DNA from: an uncultured virus (IMG/VR IMGVR_UViG_3300024306_000016)
Taxonomy: Duplodnaviria; Heunggongvirae; Uroviricota; Caudoviricetes
Virus record (IMG/VR): IMGVR_UViG_3300024306_000016
DNA length: 60,545 nt
Reading direction: 5' to 3' (one strand)
Made by a program: the position numbers and the translations under genes
The notes under the pieces: generated by a model
The model's database searches: none
Seen by the model: the letters and a program-made list of their open reading frames with translations, nothing else
Told to the model about the DNA's origin: nothing
Shown: piece after piece, positions 16,836-27,700 of the stretch
How the letters are laid out: each line of letters opens with the position of its first letter
Numbering within the stretch: position 1 is the stretch's first letter

Positions 16836-18710
16836 TTACATGCCTGCTAGTTCTCTGATTCTTGCTAGTTCTTGTAGTTCTGGATTCTGCTCTGTTGTTT
16901 GGTTTGGAGCCATTCTTTCTACAAATTTACGAGCTACCTGTTCTGCCTGTTCACCGAACTTCTTGCCTACCATAACTGCTACACCTTCTGGCCCTTTAGG
17001 GAATGTGCCTGTATTTCGATCATAAAAGCTGTGTACGAACTCTGCTATTTCTTTTACATCAATAGATTCATTGCCGCTGCGCTTACGGAAATCTCTAGCA
17101 TGACGGTCATCGTGTTTCTTATAATCTGGTAGCTTGTAGTCGCCTGTGCCTTTGCCACGTGCTGAAGGTGGAAGATCATAGTCATCTTTCTTATCATATT
17201 CTGGATGATTAGGATCACTTCCTTCGGCAGGTACTTCTTCTGGTGCTGCCGCCGCTGGCTCAGCTGCTGCTGGCTCAGCTGCTGCTGGTTCTTCACCTGC
17301 TGCTGGTTCTTCAGTGTAGTCACCGAAGTCTAGTTGCTCTAATACTTCTGGAGCATTTAGTTCTAACCAATCTTTCACTAAACCTCTGCAACATGCATCT
17401 GGGTCATTGGCCGCAAGTTCTTTGATTCTCTTGAATAGTTCTGGATCTTCGATTATGCCTTTTAGGCTTTCGATAGCATTACTACCATCAACACCTGCTG
17501 GGAAATGTTCACCGACTAGTTCTTGAAGTTGTTGCACTGCTGCCTGTTGTTCTTCAGGATCTTGACTAGTAATAGCTGACTCTTCGCCCAATGCCATTAC
17601 CCAAGATTCAAACTTTTCAAATGGATCTTCGTTGGCTATAATATCTAAGTCTTCGTTTTCTTCTATTTCGTTTGTTGTCATACCGACTATGTCGCTGTAG
17701 CCTACTCCATTTTCTTTCATTAGCCTATATAATACAGGAAATACGCTTGCGATATCTTCTTTAAAATTCCTTACAGTAAACATTTCTGTAAAGTCTTCTA
17801 CTACCTCTTGTGGTACTTCTAAGGGTTGCTGTGCTTGGAATGATTCTCTATATGCTTCATAGTGGCTCTGCTTGCCTAGATTTTTGATTTGTTCACGTAG
17901 TCTTTCTAAAGCCTGTGTGCTTCTTTCTACTACTGAGTTAGTCTCGCTATTCATTAGATCGTTACGGACCACATAGTTTTGGAAACTCTTGAGTTGGGCT
18001 ATTTCTTCACTCATGCTAACAATAGACTTACCGATTTCATCATATGGTAAACCGCCATTAGCGACGTGGCGTTGCATAGCTCGAGCACCTGCTAGATGGA
18101 TGAAAGGATATTTGAATCTTTCACCGTCGGCATTTTCAACAAACAATGCTGAAATATTTCTTGATCTTGCACCGGGTGCAAAGTCGTCAGTAATAGCTCG
18201 ACTATGTTTAATGATGAGTCTCGTATCTTCGAGCTTTTGATAGCTCATAGTTCGAGAACCGTATAAGCTGCTTTCGTTCATAACACTTTCTCCGACCGGT
18301 TGGGTCACTGTATCGTTAGTAGTTGGCTTGGGCTTATTGTATTGACTCAAGAATTCATAATCTCTTCGATCCAAGTTGTCCTTAGCGATATCTCGTGTGT
18401 CAAAACTCAATAAACGTCTTTTTGCGAACATTCTAAGTTCTTTCAAAAACCCGTACCAGTTGTTTTTCTGTCCGTCATCCATGGATTCAGTAATCCCATG
18501 GCTAAAGTAAACCTTCATGCTGTTTGGCTCTGCCAAACTAATGCTCACATGCCCTATGGGCTTTTCACCCTCCATGTAATCAAAATCAAAGAAGCGTGCC
18601 TCTTCAGGATTAATGGTTATTTGGCCTGTTTCAGAACCTAATTTTAGCCCAGTAAAACGGCTTCTAATTTTATAGAATAAATCAGTGGCTATATTGTTTC
18701 TTGCATCCAT
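16836..18710 (-). CDS. putative virion/head-associated protein
   Basis: Follows terminase. TAAATA-N5-ATG at 18710; acidic; repeated xES sites; C-terminal ELARIRELAGM. Confidence 0.7.
   Translation of the reverse strand: MDARNNIATDLFYKIRSRFTGLKLGSETGQITINPEEARFFDFDYMEGEKPIGHVSISLAEPNSMKVYFSHGITESMDDGQKNNWYGFLKELRMFAKRRLLSFDTRDIAKDNLDRRDYEFLSQYNKPKPTTNDTVTQPVGESVMNESSLYGSRTMSYQKLEDTRLIIKHSRAITDDFAPGARSRNISALFVENADGERFKYPFIHLAGARAMQRHVANGGLPYDEIGKSIVSMSEEIAQLKSFQNYVVRNDLMNSETNSVVERSTQALERLREQIKNLGKQSHYEAYRESFQAQQPLEVPQEVVEDFTEMFTVRNFKEDIASVFPVLYRLMKENGVGYSDIVGMTTNEIEENEDLDIIANEDPFEKFESWVMALGEESAITSQDPEEQQAAVQQLQELVGEHFPAGVDGSNAIESLKGIIEDPELFKRIKELAANDPDACCRGLVKDWLELNAPEVLEQLDFGDYTEEPAAGEEPAAAEPAAAEPAAAAPEEVPAEGSDPNHPEYDKKDDYDLPPSARGKGTGDYKLPDYKKHDDRHARDFRKRSGNESIDVKEIAEFVHSFYDRNTGTFPKGPEGVAVMVGKKFGEQAEQVARKFVERMAPNQTTEQNPELQELARIRELAGM
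17243..17312 (-). repeat. intragenic tandem repeat encoding an EPAA(A/G) linker
   Basis: EEPAAGEEPAAAEPAAAEPAAAAP, from 15-18-nt units. Confidence 0.6.
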
Positions 18711-18721
18711 AGTAATATTTA

Positions 18722-20311
18722 TCAAAACCCTGTGCTAATAAAGATAGGCAACGGCATGTTCTCTTCTGAGACTTTTTCCGTCATTTTGTCGTAGATCTTA
18801 GGATCCCAGTCAGCTAGTACGCTGGCCATACGTAAAATCAGCAGTGTAGACGTCACTAAGTCGTCGTGCTCTCCGGTTTTAGCACTAAATCCTAGCCCGC
18901 TAGCTACAAACGATTTCAGCTCAGAAATCAGCGGTTTGCTGTGTATGGTCATTTTCTTGGTTTCTATCATGTTCTTGAGTATAGAACAAGTAGATATTTT
19001 AGTTCTATGTGTAGTGTTAAATCCTTTACGGAACTTTCTCACATGCCCTTTGCGTATAGGTTCGCTCAAGAAAAGTCCGTAGAAGTTTTCTTCACCTATA
19101 TCGTTTATAACTATAAGTGCTGCCTCACCTATATTATTGTTTTCTACACTATAATATATCTGTGGAGCAGAACCACCCTTTTCCATACCTCTATCGTGGA
19201 TGTATTTCAGTATCTCACGCATAGTTTTAACTTGTTGCTGTACCGGAGTGGTGTTGTGATGCCACTCTGCTACCTGTATCATATCAGGCATTTCAAATAC
19301 CTGTATAGCACCATAGTCGCCACCTGTACCTAAACTAGGATCTAGACTTACTAGGTAAGTAGCCTTGGGGTTGATGTCTTTGTACCAGCGGCATTGACCC
19401 ATGGTCATCTTAGGATCTGCACCTTCGAGTTCAGAGAGTCTAACTGAGTTGATCAGTGTTTCATCAAAGATCAAGAACTCACAGTCAAACTCACGACGGA
19501 AACGTTCCTCACCGATCTTAGCACGTTCTGTAGCAGCCCATTTATCATCACGATCCGGATGCTCGTCCCAGGTAGCAAAATATGGGAAGAATCCGTTTAC
19601 ACCCAGCTCTTGCTCATTGCCAAACTCGTCAAACTTTTTATTAGCTTCAGTCCAGATCTGCGCAAACTGATCTTCGTCTGAGTTTGGTGTTGAGGTAATG
19701 ATAGCACGACCACCTGTTGATAGTGTAGGACTTAGAGCAGTCCAGAACTCTCTAGCTTTTTCAGGCGGTTGCACAAATGCAAACTCGTCACAGTAAATCA
19801 AAGAAAGAGATTTACCACGACCAGTATTTTCTGTAGTTGTCGTTGCTTGTATACGAGCACCGTTATCGTATTCAATAGTATTTCTGTTGTAGCTGATAAC
19901 ACCTGCTCGGATGAAGTCGGGCAAGTTTTCATATCCGTAACGATAGCGGTTCATGATATCCTGCGCACCCTCATATTTGTGAGCAGCGATAAGAACCTGT
20001 GCTTCAGGAACAAACATAGTAAACCATAGAAGATATCCGCAGGCGCAGGTTGTTTTACCCATCTGTCGCGGTAACATAGCGATCACATCTTTGTGATTGT
20101 GATATGCTTCTATAAGTCTTACCTGATAATCGTAGGGTTCAAAATCAATAGCACCACGTACAGGATGTTGGATCTTAAGAAAGTTACGCATGAAGTATAA
20201 TGGACCTGTAACGGGATCCATACACTTCTCAAGGTGCTGTACTTCTTCTAATGTATACCTATCTTGTTTGTGCGCTTTTTTGATTAAGACGCCGTCAAGT
20301 GATTTTGCCAT
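18722..20311 (-). CDS. gp17: terminase large subunit (T4 gp17-like)
   Basis: YQ..LI, PRQMGKTT, GRGKS, CDEFAF, ITSTPN, RFRREFDCEF, LDPSLG.GGDY, VENN, HDDLV. Confidence 0.93.
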   Translation of the reverse strand: MAKSLDGVLIKKAHKQDRYTLEEVQHLEKCMDPVTGPLYFMRNFLKIQHPVRGAIDFEPYDYQVRLIEAYHNHKDVIAMLPRQMGKTTCACGYLLWFTMFVPEAQVLIAAHKYEGAQDIMNRYRYGYENLPDFIRAGVISYNRNTIEYDNGARIQATTTTENTGRGKSLSLIYCDEFAFVQPPEKAREFWTALSPTLSTGGRAIITSTPNSDEDQFAQIWTEANKKFDEFGNEQELGVNGFFPYFATWDEHPDRDDKWAATERAKIGEERFRREFDCEFLIFDETLINSVRLSELEGADPKMTMGQCRWYKDINPKATYLVSLDPSLGTGGDYGAIQVFEMPDMIQVAEWHHNTTPVQQQVKTMREILKYIHDRGMEKGGSAPQIYYSVENNNIGEAALIVINDIGEENFYGLFLSEPIRKGHVRKFRKGFNTTHRTKISTCSILKNMIETKKMTIHSKPLISELKSFVASGLGFSAKTGEHDDLVTSTLLILRMASVLADWDPKIYDKMTEKVSEENMPLPIFISTGF

Positions 20312-20325
20312 ACATTTATTTACAG

Positions 20326-20351
20326 AAAAAAATAGGCTCCGAAGAGCCTAT
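20326..20351 (-). terminator. rho-independent terminator with UUCG tetraloop
   Basis: ATAGGCTC-TTCG-GAGCCTAT-TTTTTT, followed directly by a TAAATA motif for terminase. Confidence 0.8.
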
Positions 20352-20369
20352 CTGACTTTGCTGTTATGC

Positions 20370-20990
20370 TTATCTAGCTTTGGCTTCTGCTAGACGTTGT
20401 GCTAGTTCAGCTTTGATCATAGCACGTAGATCGCTTTCTGGCATTGCCATTGGGTTATCGCCTGCTTTGTAGCTGTGCTTATATTGACCCTTTTCACGGT
20501 TCATACCACCTGCTAGAGTCTTGGTCATGTATTCTGTATCTTTAGTAAATGGCTCGCCTTCTACACCGTCTGGAGTGTTAGCAAATGCTTCATCCTCTGG
20601 TTCATCTTCACCTTCAGGATCAATGTCGCCGCCATCTTGATCGTGTTCTGGTTCTTCTTTGTCTAGATCCAATGGTAACATCTTTAGTGGAGGAAGACCG
20701 CCTGCTGGCTTGTCCATTGGTTCGATTTCGATTGATGGCTCATTACCACCCATTGGGGACAATGCCTTGGGTGCTGCATCTGGGTTCACTTTTGTGATCA
20801 GTTGCATTAGTTGTTCAATGTTGTCCATGCCTTGTGCATTTAGATTAACACTTAGGCTTGGTGGCGCAGGAGGAGGACTAGACATAGGACCTTGTCCCAT
20901 GCCCATTGGTTCTCCGCACTCGTCAATCTTAGCTTCAGCAACTGGCTGATCTAAGGCGACAATCTTTTTGTATAGATCATGTATATTCAT
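20370..20990 (-). CDS. acidic Pro-rich putative head/core protein
   Basis: Low-complexity protein in the packaging/head block; RBS AAGGA. Confidence 0.6.
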   Translation of the reverse strand: MNIHDLYKKIVALDQPVAEAKIDECGEPMGMGQGPMSSPPPAPPSLSVNLNAQGMDNIEQLMQLITKVNPDAAPKALSPMGGNEPSIEIEPMDKPAGGLPPLKMLPLDLDKEEPEHDQDGGDIDPEGEDEPEDEAFANTPDGVEGEPFTKDTEYMTKTLAGGMNREKGQYKHSYKAGDNPMAMPESDLRAMIKAELAQRLAEAKAR

Positions 20991-20993
20991 TTC

Positions 20994-21602
20994 TTATCCT
21001 TTGTATGGGTCTGGAATCTTGTTCTGGTGTGAACCAACTGGACTCTTAGCCCCATCGCTGCCATAGTCTGGGCCCGAAGCTGATGCTTCTGATTTGATAT
21101 CTTTTTGTCCTAGTTCTTTTTTACGAGCCTTAGATGCTTTTGCTAAGTCTTGTAGAAAACCTTTGTTATAATCAGGACCAAAGTAATCTTTTTGTTTTAC
21201 TTTGCCTGCTTCTTTGTACTTGTCATCAGTAAGTAGGGCATCTTTAGATTGTAGATCTGTACCTTGCTGATTGTATTCTTCTGTAGGATCTGCTGAGTTC
21301 TTGACACGGAAGTGAGTTGGGCACATTTCCATTGCCATTAGCTCATTCTTAATCTCGGTAGTGATGGTTGGATATTCTGTAACCATCTCATATATAGAAA
21401 CTTCGCAGTTCTTAAGATCTGGAAAATCGATAGGAAGCTGCTGGATAGGTGTGGTGTTTAGTTTTTCCAGGGTCAAAACGTTACAGCGTCCAAGTCTGGA
21501 TTTTAGGTTTTCCTCAAACTTTTCAGGAACTTCGCCCGCTACCTTGATCTTGAAGCTATAGACTTTTTTGCTTTCTGTCAGATATTCTTTAAATGTTTTC
21601 AT
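20994..21602 (-). CDS. putative internal head protein
   Basis: N-terminal MKTFKEYLTES resembles the T4 capsid-targeting propeptide; TAAATA-N5-ATG upstream. Confidence 0.6.
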   Translation of the reverse strand: MKTFKEYLTESKKVYSFKIKVAGEVPEKFEENLKSRLGRCNVLTLEKLNTTPIQQLPIDFPDLKNCEVSIYEMVTEYPTITTEIKNELMAMEMCPTHFRVKNSADPTEEYNQQGTDLQSKDALLTDDKYKEAGKVKQKDYFGPDYNKGFLQDLAKASKARKKELGQKDIKSEASASGPDYGSDGAKSPVGSHQNKIPDPYKG

Positions 21603-21610
21603 ATTAATAT

Positions 21611-22084
21611 TTAGCCCTTTTGGCTCAATTTTTTCAATAGCTCGTTGCGGTCAGTGATTATGTAACCCTGACCATTTAATACTTCTCCTTCTGGAGATTT
21701 AGTATCTTGATCGATTTTAAGCTTCTTTAGCTGTAGATCTACTGCTTTTAACTTTTTGTCTATTTTAGCTGTTTTGGCGTCTATGGCATTTTTCATCATA
21801 GTACCAGCTACTTCAAAGATGCGCCCACTGTAACGCACTTCTACATTCATGCCCAAATCCATTAGATCATCATAGGCTTTTTCTGCTTTGCTAGCTAGAG
21901 CATCTAGCTCTTTATCATCAATGTTATCTAACTCGGCAATCTGCGGCAATCCTCTAGTTAACTCAGCTACTGCTTTATAACTGTCATCAAGGCTTTGTAC
22001 CTGCTGATGTGTAGGAGGCGCGGGTGCTGGCTCTTCTTCTTTTGCCTGGTCTAAGTTGAATAATTCTTCAAGTTTTTTGGTCAT
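21611..22084 (-). CDS. terminase small subunit (T4 gp16-like)
   Basis: Helical core ..RIFEVAGTMMKNAID..DLQLKKLK.. with C-terminal ITDRNELLKKL; close to gp17. Confidence 0.55.
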   Translation of the reverse strand: MTKKLEELFNLDQAKEEEPAPAPPTHQQVQSLDDSYKAVAELTRGLPQIAELDNIDDKELDALASKAEKAYDDLMDLGMNVEVRYSGRIFEVAGTMMKNAIDAKTAKIDKKLKAVDLQLKKLKIDQDTKSPEGEVLNGQGYIITDRNELLKKLSQKG

Positions 22085-22091
22085 ACTTTAC

Positions 22092-22532
22092 TTATCTACG
22101 ATTGCCGCCCTGATGGAAAATCTCATTCTCATTTACGACCCTAAACCTTATATTCTGCTGCTTGCACCACTTACTTGCAGCTTCCCATTTGGCTAGATTT
22201 TTAATATACTGCTGTTGATTATAAGCACTCTTTCCTACTTTTTCTCTTAACGTCTGACTTGCTGGCTTTACTTCAACTAGTTCGGCATGTTTCTTTTTGT
22301 TTTTATCTATATACACAATAAAGAAATCCGGAACATATATTGTTTGGCGTCCTGTCAGGGGATCTCTATAAGGTATCTGTACGCTCTCGCTAGCCCAGTT
22401 TTCGACTCCTGGGTGTTCGTCAAGCATACGCATGAATACAAACTCCCAACTACTTCTAGCTAATGGCTTCTTTAATCCTACATATTTGCTAGGATTTTTC
22501 ATTTCAAAAAAACCTTGGGCAAACTTGGGCAT
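22092..22532 (-). CDS. gp4: head completion nuclease (T4 gp4-like, TnsA-type PD-(D/E)xK)
   Basis: NPSKYVG, RSSWE, WASE..IPY, YVPDF, EVKP, N.AKWEAA..WC, F.VVNE. Confidence 0.85.
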   Translation of the reverse strand: MPKFAQGFFEMKNPSKYVGLKKPLARSSWEFVFMRMLDEHPGVENWASESVQIPYRDPLTGRQTIYVPDFFIVYIDKNKKKHAELVEVKPASQTLREKVGKSAYNQQQYIKNLAKWEAASKWCKQQNIRFRVVNENEIFHQGGNRR

Positions 22533-22900
22533 TACGGTAAGATATTCCTAGTATGGGTTGTGTTTACTACAGGTGTAGTCCTGAATCCTAGAGTTGACGT
22601 AGAGGTTCTATTATTGTTTAAGACTTCTCCGACAAGAGAACTTAGGTCTAGTTCATTAAACCCTTTTAATGTATCCAAGATACTAAAGATAGGTGTCCCG
22701 TCTAGTTTTGCCTGCTTTAGCAATGTCGATGACACTACTGCTGCGGCGTCGTCATCAAATCCTTTGCCTTTAAAAAAAGAAACTGTGGCATCAACTTCTG
22801 AAGCGTTAAACTGCAAAGGTTCTTGACCATATGTATCAAAGAATAGGCGTGTGCCTGCTGAACTGTCAGAAGGGGTACTGATAGGTAAGTTAGTTGCCAT
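22532..22900 (-). CDS. hypothetical virion protein
   Basis: 122 aa within the tail block; TAATG coupling. Confidence 0.6.
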   Translation of the reverse strand: MATNLPISTPSDSSAGTRLFFDTYGQEPLQFNASEVDATVSFFKGKGFDDDAAAVVSSTLLKQAKLDGTPIFSILDTLKGFNELDLSSLVGEVLNNNRTSTSTLGFRTTPVVNTTHTRNILP

Positions 22901-22903
22901 TTA

Positions 22904-23992
22904 TTATCCTTGATCTGGAGGTGCGATGATAGATCGCTGCGTTGCTTGTGTGTTAGTAGTGGTCGATGTATTCTTTGGAAACACAGCACCTATGACTCCT
23001 CCGACTGTAGATACCGCTGTAGCAATGTTTCCTGGATTGCTTAAGATGTTGACAGCCTCACCGGCCAGTCCTTCTTTGGTCAATCCTCTTAGATTTTTAT
23101 AGGTGTTGATTCCTTTGATAGCTGTACCAAGGAATCCTCCAAAACTATCAAAAGTTGTGCCGTTAGATAAGTCACCGAATACTTGTTCTAGGCCATCGAG
23201 TACGCCGCCTTCTCCTGTAAGAGTAGCAACTCCGCCACCGGCTACACTCAAAGGACTTGGTAACAGATCATAATGTAATGTAGCAAAACCTTTGGGACTG
23301 TTAGATCTTACGGTGCCGCCACCGTATTGCACTGCTTCATATTCTACAGTCATTTGGCTTTCTAGTGTGCCACCTTCACTGTAATCAACGTTGCCGTGAT
23401 TCCAAGTTTTAATACGTGGGTTTACTAATGTGTAACTCTGGAATCTCCTACGGCTCATAGTATAGATAGTAATACTTTTAAAGAAAGGAGTGCTGATTTC
23501 ATTATCAAGACCATAACGGAAATTATCTTTAGGTGTCTTTGTTGGTCTTAGATGCGTTGCAGTCCACGCTGCATTTGGCTGTGTACGATCAGCGATATAG
23601 TATCCGTAGTACAAGGCCCATAAAGCATTAACGATACCGGCATTGTCATCGTGCATAGTTATATTAACGGGCTCGTAGTTTATTGCTTTGTAAACTATCT
23701 TCTTTCTATTGTATTGATTTTTGACCATCGAGTCAAAACTAAACTTAGGAAGGTCTGCACCTTTGATTAATAAACCAAACTCGTCAGCATGTCGATTGGT
23801 AAATGCAGGGCTTCTTAGAGCTGTTTTATCAACTTCAAATCTAGCATAGAATAAGAACTTAGTTCTTGGACTGAGTCTAAATGTATCATCTATGAATAGT
23901 CGTGTGGCATGCTGCCAGTTACTGTTAATACCTTTAGGTGTTAAAAGTCCTGCACCTACGCCATTAAGAAATCGAGTGAAGAAGTTTGCCAT
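22904..23992 (-). CDS. tail-tube-fold baseplate/tube initiator protein (gp48/gp54-like)
   Basis: DLPKF..NQYNRK..YEPVNITMHDD..L.NP.I..W.HG..DYS..MTVEYE tube-like pattern; lies next to gp19. Confidence 0.6.
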   Translation of the reverse strand: MANFFTRFLNGVGAGLLTPKGINSNWQHATRLFIDDTFRLSPRTKFLFYARFEVDKTALRSPAFTNRHADEFGLLIKGADLPKFSFDSMVKNQYNRKKIVYKAINYEPVNITMHDDNAGIVNALWALYYGYYIADRTQPNAAWTATHLRPTKTPKDNFRYGLDNEISTPFFKSITIYTMSRRRFQSYTLVNPRIKTWNHGNVDYSEGGTLESQMTVEYEAVQYGGGTVRSNSPKGFATLHYDLLPSPLSVAGGGVATLTGEGGVLDGLEQVFGDLSNGTTFDSFGGFLGTAIKGINTYKNLRGLTKEGLAGEAVNILSNPGNIATAVSTVGGVIGAVFPKNTSTTTNTQATQRSIIAPPDQG

Positions 23993-24009
23993 ACTAATAT
24001 TTATGCCAC

Positions 24010-24036
24010 AAAAAAACCCGAGATAAACTCGGGTTC
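24010..24036 (-). terminator. rho-independent terminator after the tail tube gene
   Basis: AACCCGAG-TTTAT-CTCGGGTT-TTTTT. Confidence 0.75.
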
Positions 24037-24055
24037 TTCTGAGTTAATATAACTA

Positions 24056-24706
24056 TTAACCTTGTGCGCCCAATGCTCCAGTTGTTGCTTCTGTAGCGAT
24101 CTGACGGCCAACTGCTGCACCAATACCACCAACGATACTTGTTGCAGTTTGACCAGCTGCCCATTGCTCCATGTTATCAAAGCGGATGGTTAATGCTACT
24201 GTTGCTGCTTCGTTGGTACCATAGTTTAGATCACCATAGTCTGCGTTCTGTACAAAGCAACCATATAGGTTGATAGTTTCTAGAACGTTTGGTGTTAGAG
24301 CACCGTTTCCGCCGTCTAGTACTTCGATACGTGTAGTAAACTTGTAATCGATACCAGAACGTGCTGAAGCTTGTTCCATGAAATCGTATTGCTTCTGTAT
24401 CTGTTGTCCTACTAGTGCCTGCACTTGACCGCTAGCATCGTCACGTAGTGTGAGCGTGATAGTTTCAAATGTGTACTTACCAGCTAGGTATACCTTGCTG
24501 TTGTAGACATCCAACGGAATCTCTTCGAATGCTACTTTAGGACGAGTTACGTCTGCTACCTGCTTTGTTAGTTCAGTAGCTGCTGCAACGCCAAATCCTA
24601 ATAGTGTCACTCTAAAGCGATACTTTAGTTTAGGCATCAGCAGCACTTGAGTGCTGACTGAGCCATTAGTTGGAACTGTTAAGTTGTTTAATGATGTGAT
24701 AGGCAT
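24056..24706 (-). CDS. gp19: tail tube protein (gp19-like)
   Basis: PKLKYRFRV, YLAGK..FETITLTLRDD, LYGCF..YGDLNY, LTIRFD; directly downstream of the sheath gene. Confidence 0.8.
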   Translation of the reverse strand: MPITSLNNLTVPTNGSVSTQVLLMPKLKYRFRVTLLGFGVAAATELTKQVADVTRPKVAFEEIPLDVYNSKVYLAGKYTFETITLTLRDDASGQVQALVGQQIQKQYDFMEQASARSGIDYKFTTRIEVLDGGNGALTPNVLETINLYGCFVQNADYGDLNYGTNEAATVALTIRFDNMEQWAAGQTATSIVGGIGAAVGRQIATEATTGALGAQG

Positions 24707-24708
24707 TT

Positions 24709-27700
24709 TTAAATCTCTCCTGTGTTCTTAACACGTAGTGGGATGTAAATGAACTCTACTGCCTTGACAGGACTAATAGCAATGTCTACCCATAGCTCAT
24801 TACGATCAATTCTGCTTGGTGTGTTGTTAGATTCATCACAAACAACTGCGAAGTCGTATAGTGCCCTTAGTCCTACCAACTCCAGCAATAGGCTTTCACA
24901 TGCCTGCTTAATCTCATCACGTGTGATTTTGTCATTAGGTTCAAAAATGTATGGACGAGCAAGTTTGTTTAGTTGGCTACGTAGGTAAACAACTAGACGA
25001 GCTACGTTAATACGATCTAATGCGCTTGCGTTAGGATCGCGTGTCTTTTGACCATAGTTAACAAGTCCAACACCATTAAAGAATGCGATTGGATTGATCT
25101 TTAGATCATAAAGTGTATCACGCTGTCCGTTGTTAAGAGCAACGGTTTGGAACTCACCTGTGTCTGCATCGATATAACCAACTGCTGTTGCGTTAGTAAT
25201 ACCACCACGGCGTGTGCCTGCTGGTGCAAACCAAGGATAGCTTACATTGTCGCTCAATGTTATTGTTTTTAGCATCATATGTGATGCTGGAACAACTGCG
25301 TTGTAACCACCTAGGTCTGTGGTAAATCCATTTGGATAGAACACTGATAGATAGTTGTCATAGGTAACGATACCATCATCGCCGTTGTCTGTAACTAGAT
25401 TAGCGTTAGTACCCCATGTTGTTAGACTTGTAGCATCTGCTGGCAAGCGTAATGGAGTATCACCGATAACGAATGCTGTCAATCCTCGGTCGATATTCAA
25501 GTTAACCAAGTTGCTCATTAGTTCAGGATACCCTGGAGCAGCAATGATGTTGAAGTTACGACGTTCTTCGTCACGGATCTCAGCACTTGTGTCTACAACA
25601 CTCTTGAGTGCGCTGACAACCACTTTGCGTTGAGCATGACGTAGGAATGAACCTGAACCGTCTTCGTTATTTGGACTTGCTGTTACCCAACGATCAAATA
25701 CTTTAGCATCATTGCTGCCGGTTGCATACAATGACTGTGCCTGACCTAGATAACGTGTGTTATCTGCATCTTTGTCAACATAACTGTTATGATACTGCTT
25801 AACATTGCCACCGCTTCTACGTGTGTTCCATAGCAACATACCCTTTGGATATAGTGCTGGATCTGGAGCGTCGAAGTCGATATAGTCTGAAGATAGAAGA
25901 TCTTTAATAGCCCCTGCAATATTGCCAGTTGCACCTGATACACCGTAACGTGCATCAGCAAATAGAATGCCTTCTTCTGTTGTTTGATCTGCACTGTCAA
26001 TCAACACCCATGTTGCTGATGATAGACCTGCATTCTTGTAACGATATATTCTTGGATACATTTCAACATCTGAAGTATCAATCCATAGATCGTTGTTAGC
26101 TAGTGCGCCGCCATCTGGATTCTCTGTAGGCTTAGATGCACTTACAATAGGGCCACCTGACCAAGTGCCTGAATATACGTTCCTGTATCCTTTCCATGTA
26201 ACACCGTTGTGTATTAGGATATCAACTTCGCTAACAGTTGGGTTGTACCATAGTTGACCATCGGATGGCTCGTTAGTTGGAGCTGAGCTGCTTGGAATAA
26301 ATCCTTCGCTAGCTAATGGTCTCCAGTTCGAGATTAGATAATCATAACCGTTAACTGCTACACCTTCTGGTGATGCATAGAAGTTTGCCAGTCCTGATTT
26401 GGTATAAGGATTGTATGTAGATCCAAATAGTGAACCAACTACACCGTCAGTATCTGTAATACGGATTTCGCCGCCTGCGGCGTGTGTAATAGTTAGACTA
26501 TTATCTTCGTTAACAGTAGCACTAACATTCTTAAGACCAACGTCTGTAAGTTCGTTATAAGCAGCGTCGTTGATGGCCTTTGCAATCTTTTCTAGGTCTG
26601 CGCTGATTGAACCAACGCTGCCTGTTAGGGCTGCGGTTGTAACAGTCATAGAGTTTAGACCGATTGCACCGACCACTGATTCGCTGATAGTGATCGATTT
26701 TGCACCTGCTGAAAATGCTGATGTCTTAGCTGGCGATGTTACTGAAGTAGCACCCTTAACAGCTCTGCGCCAGATACGGAAAGTTGCTGTACCTGGAGCT
26801 TGATTAGCACCTGTTAGCTCGTCTGCGTTTGTCTGGACGAATAGTGTATCGACAGTTAGATTCTTACCACCGCCTGCACGATCGAGCTGATAGTCAGCTT
26901 CGTGTGTGCTGCCGTATAGATAAGCTTCAACAGCTGACCATACTTTAGTTACAGTACTCCAACGCTTCATTCTCCAACGTGAACCATTGTTTGGTTCTGT
27001 GGTCTTTAGCCATACGCTACCACTTGGACGTGGTGCTGTATCATCTTCTTTAAATGCTGGAACTTGTGTATGTGGGCTTTGTACCAACTTAGGAGCATAG
27101 TGTACTCCTGTGCTGATCTTCATGATAGTTGTCCACGAACCAGTACCGTCTTCTAGGCTTAGAGCATCATTAACACTTGAGTCGCCTTCATTCTTACCGG
27201 AGAAGTAAAGATAAAGTTTTTCATTCACTACTGCACCTGAAATGCCTTGTGAACTAAAAGTATTGATAGTATTTGCTAGGTTTGTTAGCAGTGCTGTTCT
27301 ATTAGCACCTGATAAAGTGATAGTATTGCCGTTGATCTTAAATGTCTGACCTGCTGCAATGCTGGTGTCAATCTTGGCGCCTGAGTATACTGTTGGATGT
27401 GAAGCAGTCCAATCTTCGCTGCCTACCAATACCCATGCACTTCCTGCTGGGTGGCTTACTGGACGCTTGTACCAGATAGTTGCCATTTCAACACTGGCGC
27501 TGCCTGACTGGAATACTACAGCATAGTTGCCGTCGACTCCTACAGATGCCTTAGGTGCTCCTGTTCCGGAATCGATCTTGCTGGCGTCATCGTCAGTTAG
27601 TACTAAAGGAACTTGTGCTGTAAATGTTTGGCCGCCTTTTGTTGAAGCTGCCATGCCGTTCCATTCTTGGATACCCCATGCTGTTGCCTTGGTGTCCATC

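Noticed and set aside
2377..20311. Inteins or introns in UvsW, UvsX or terminase
   Set aside because: All three have normal lengths and contiguous motifs.
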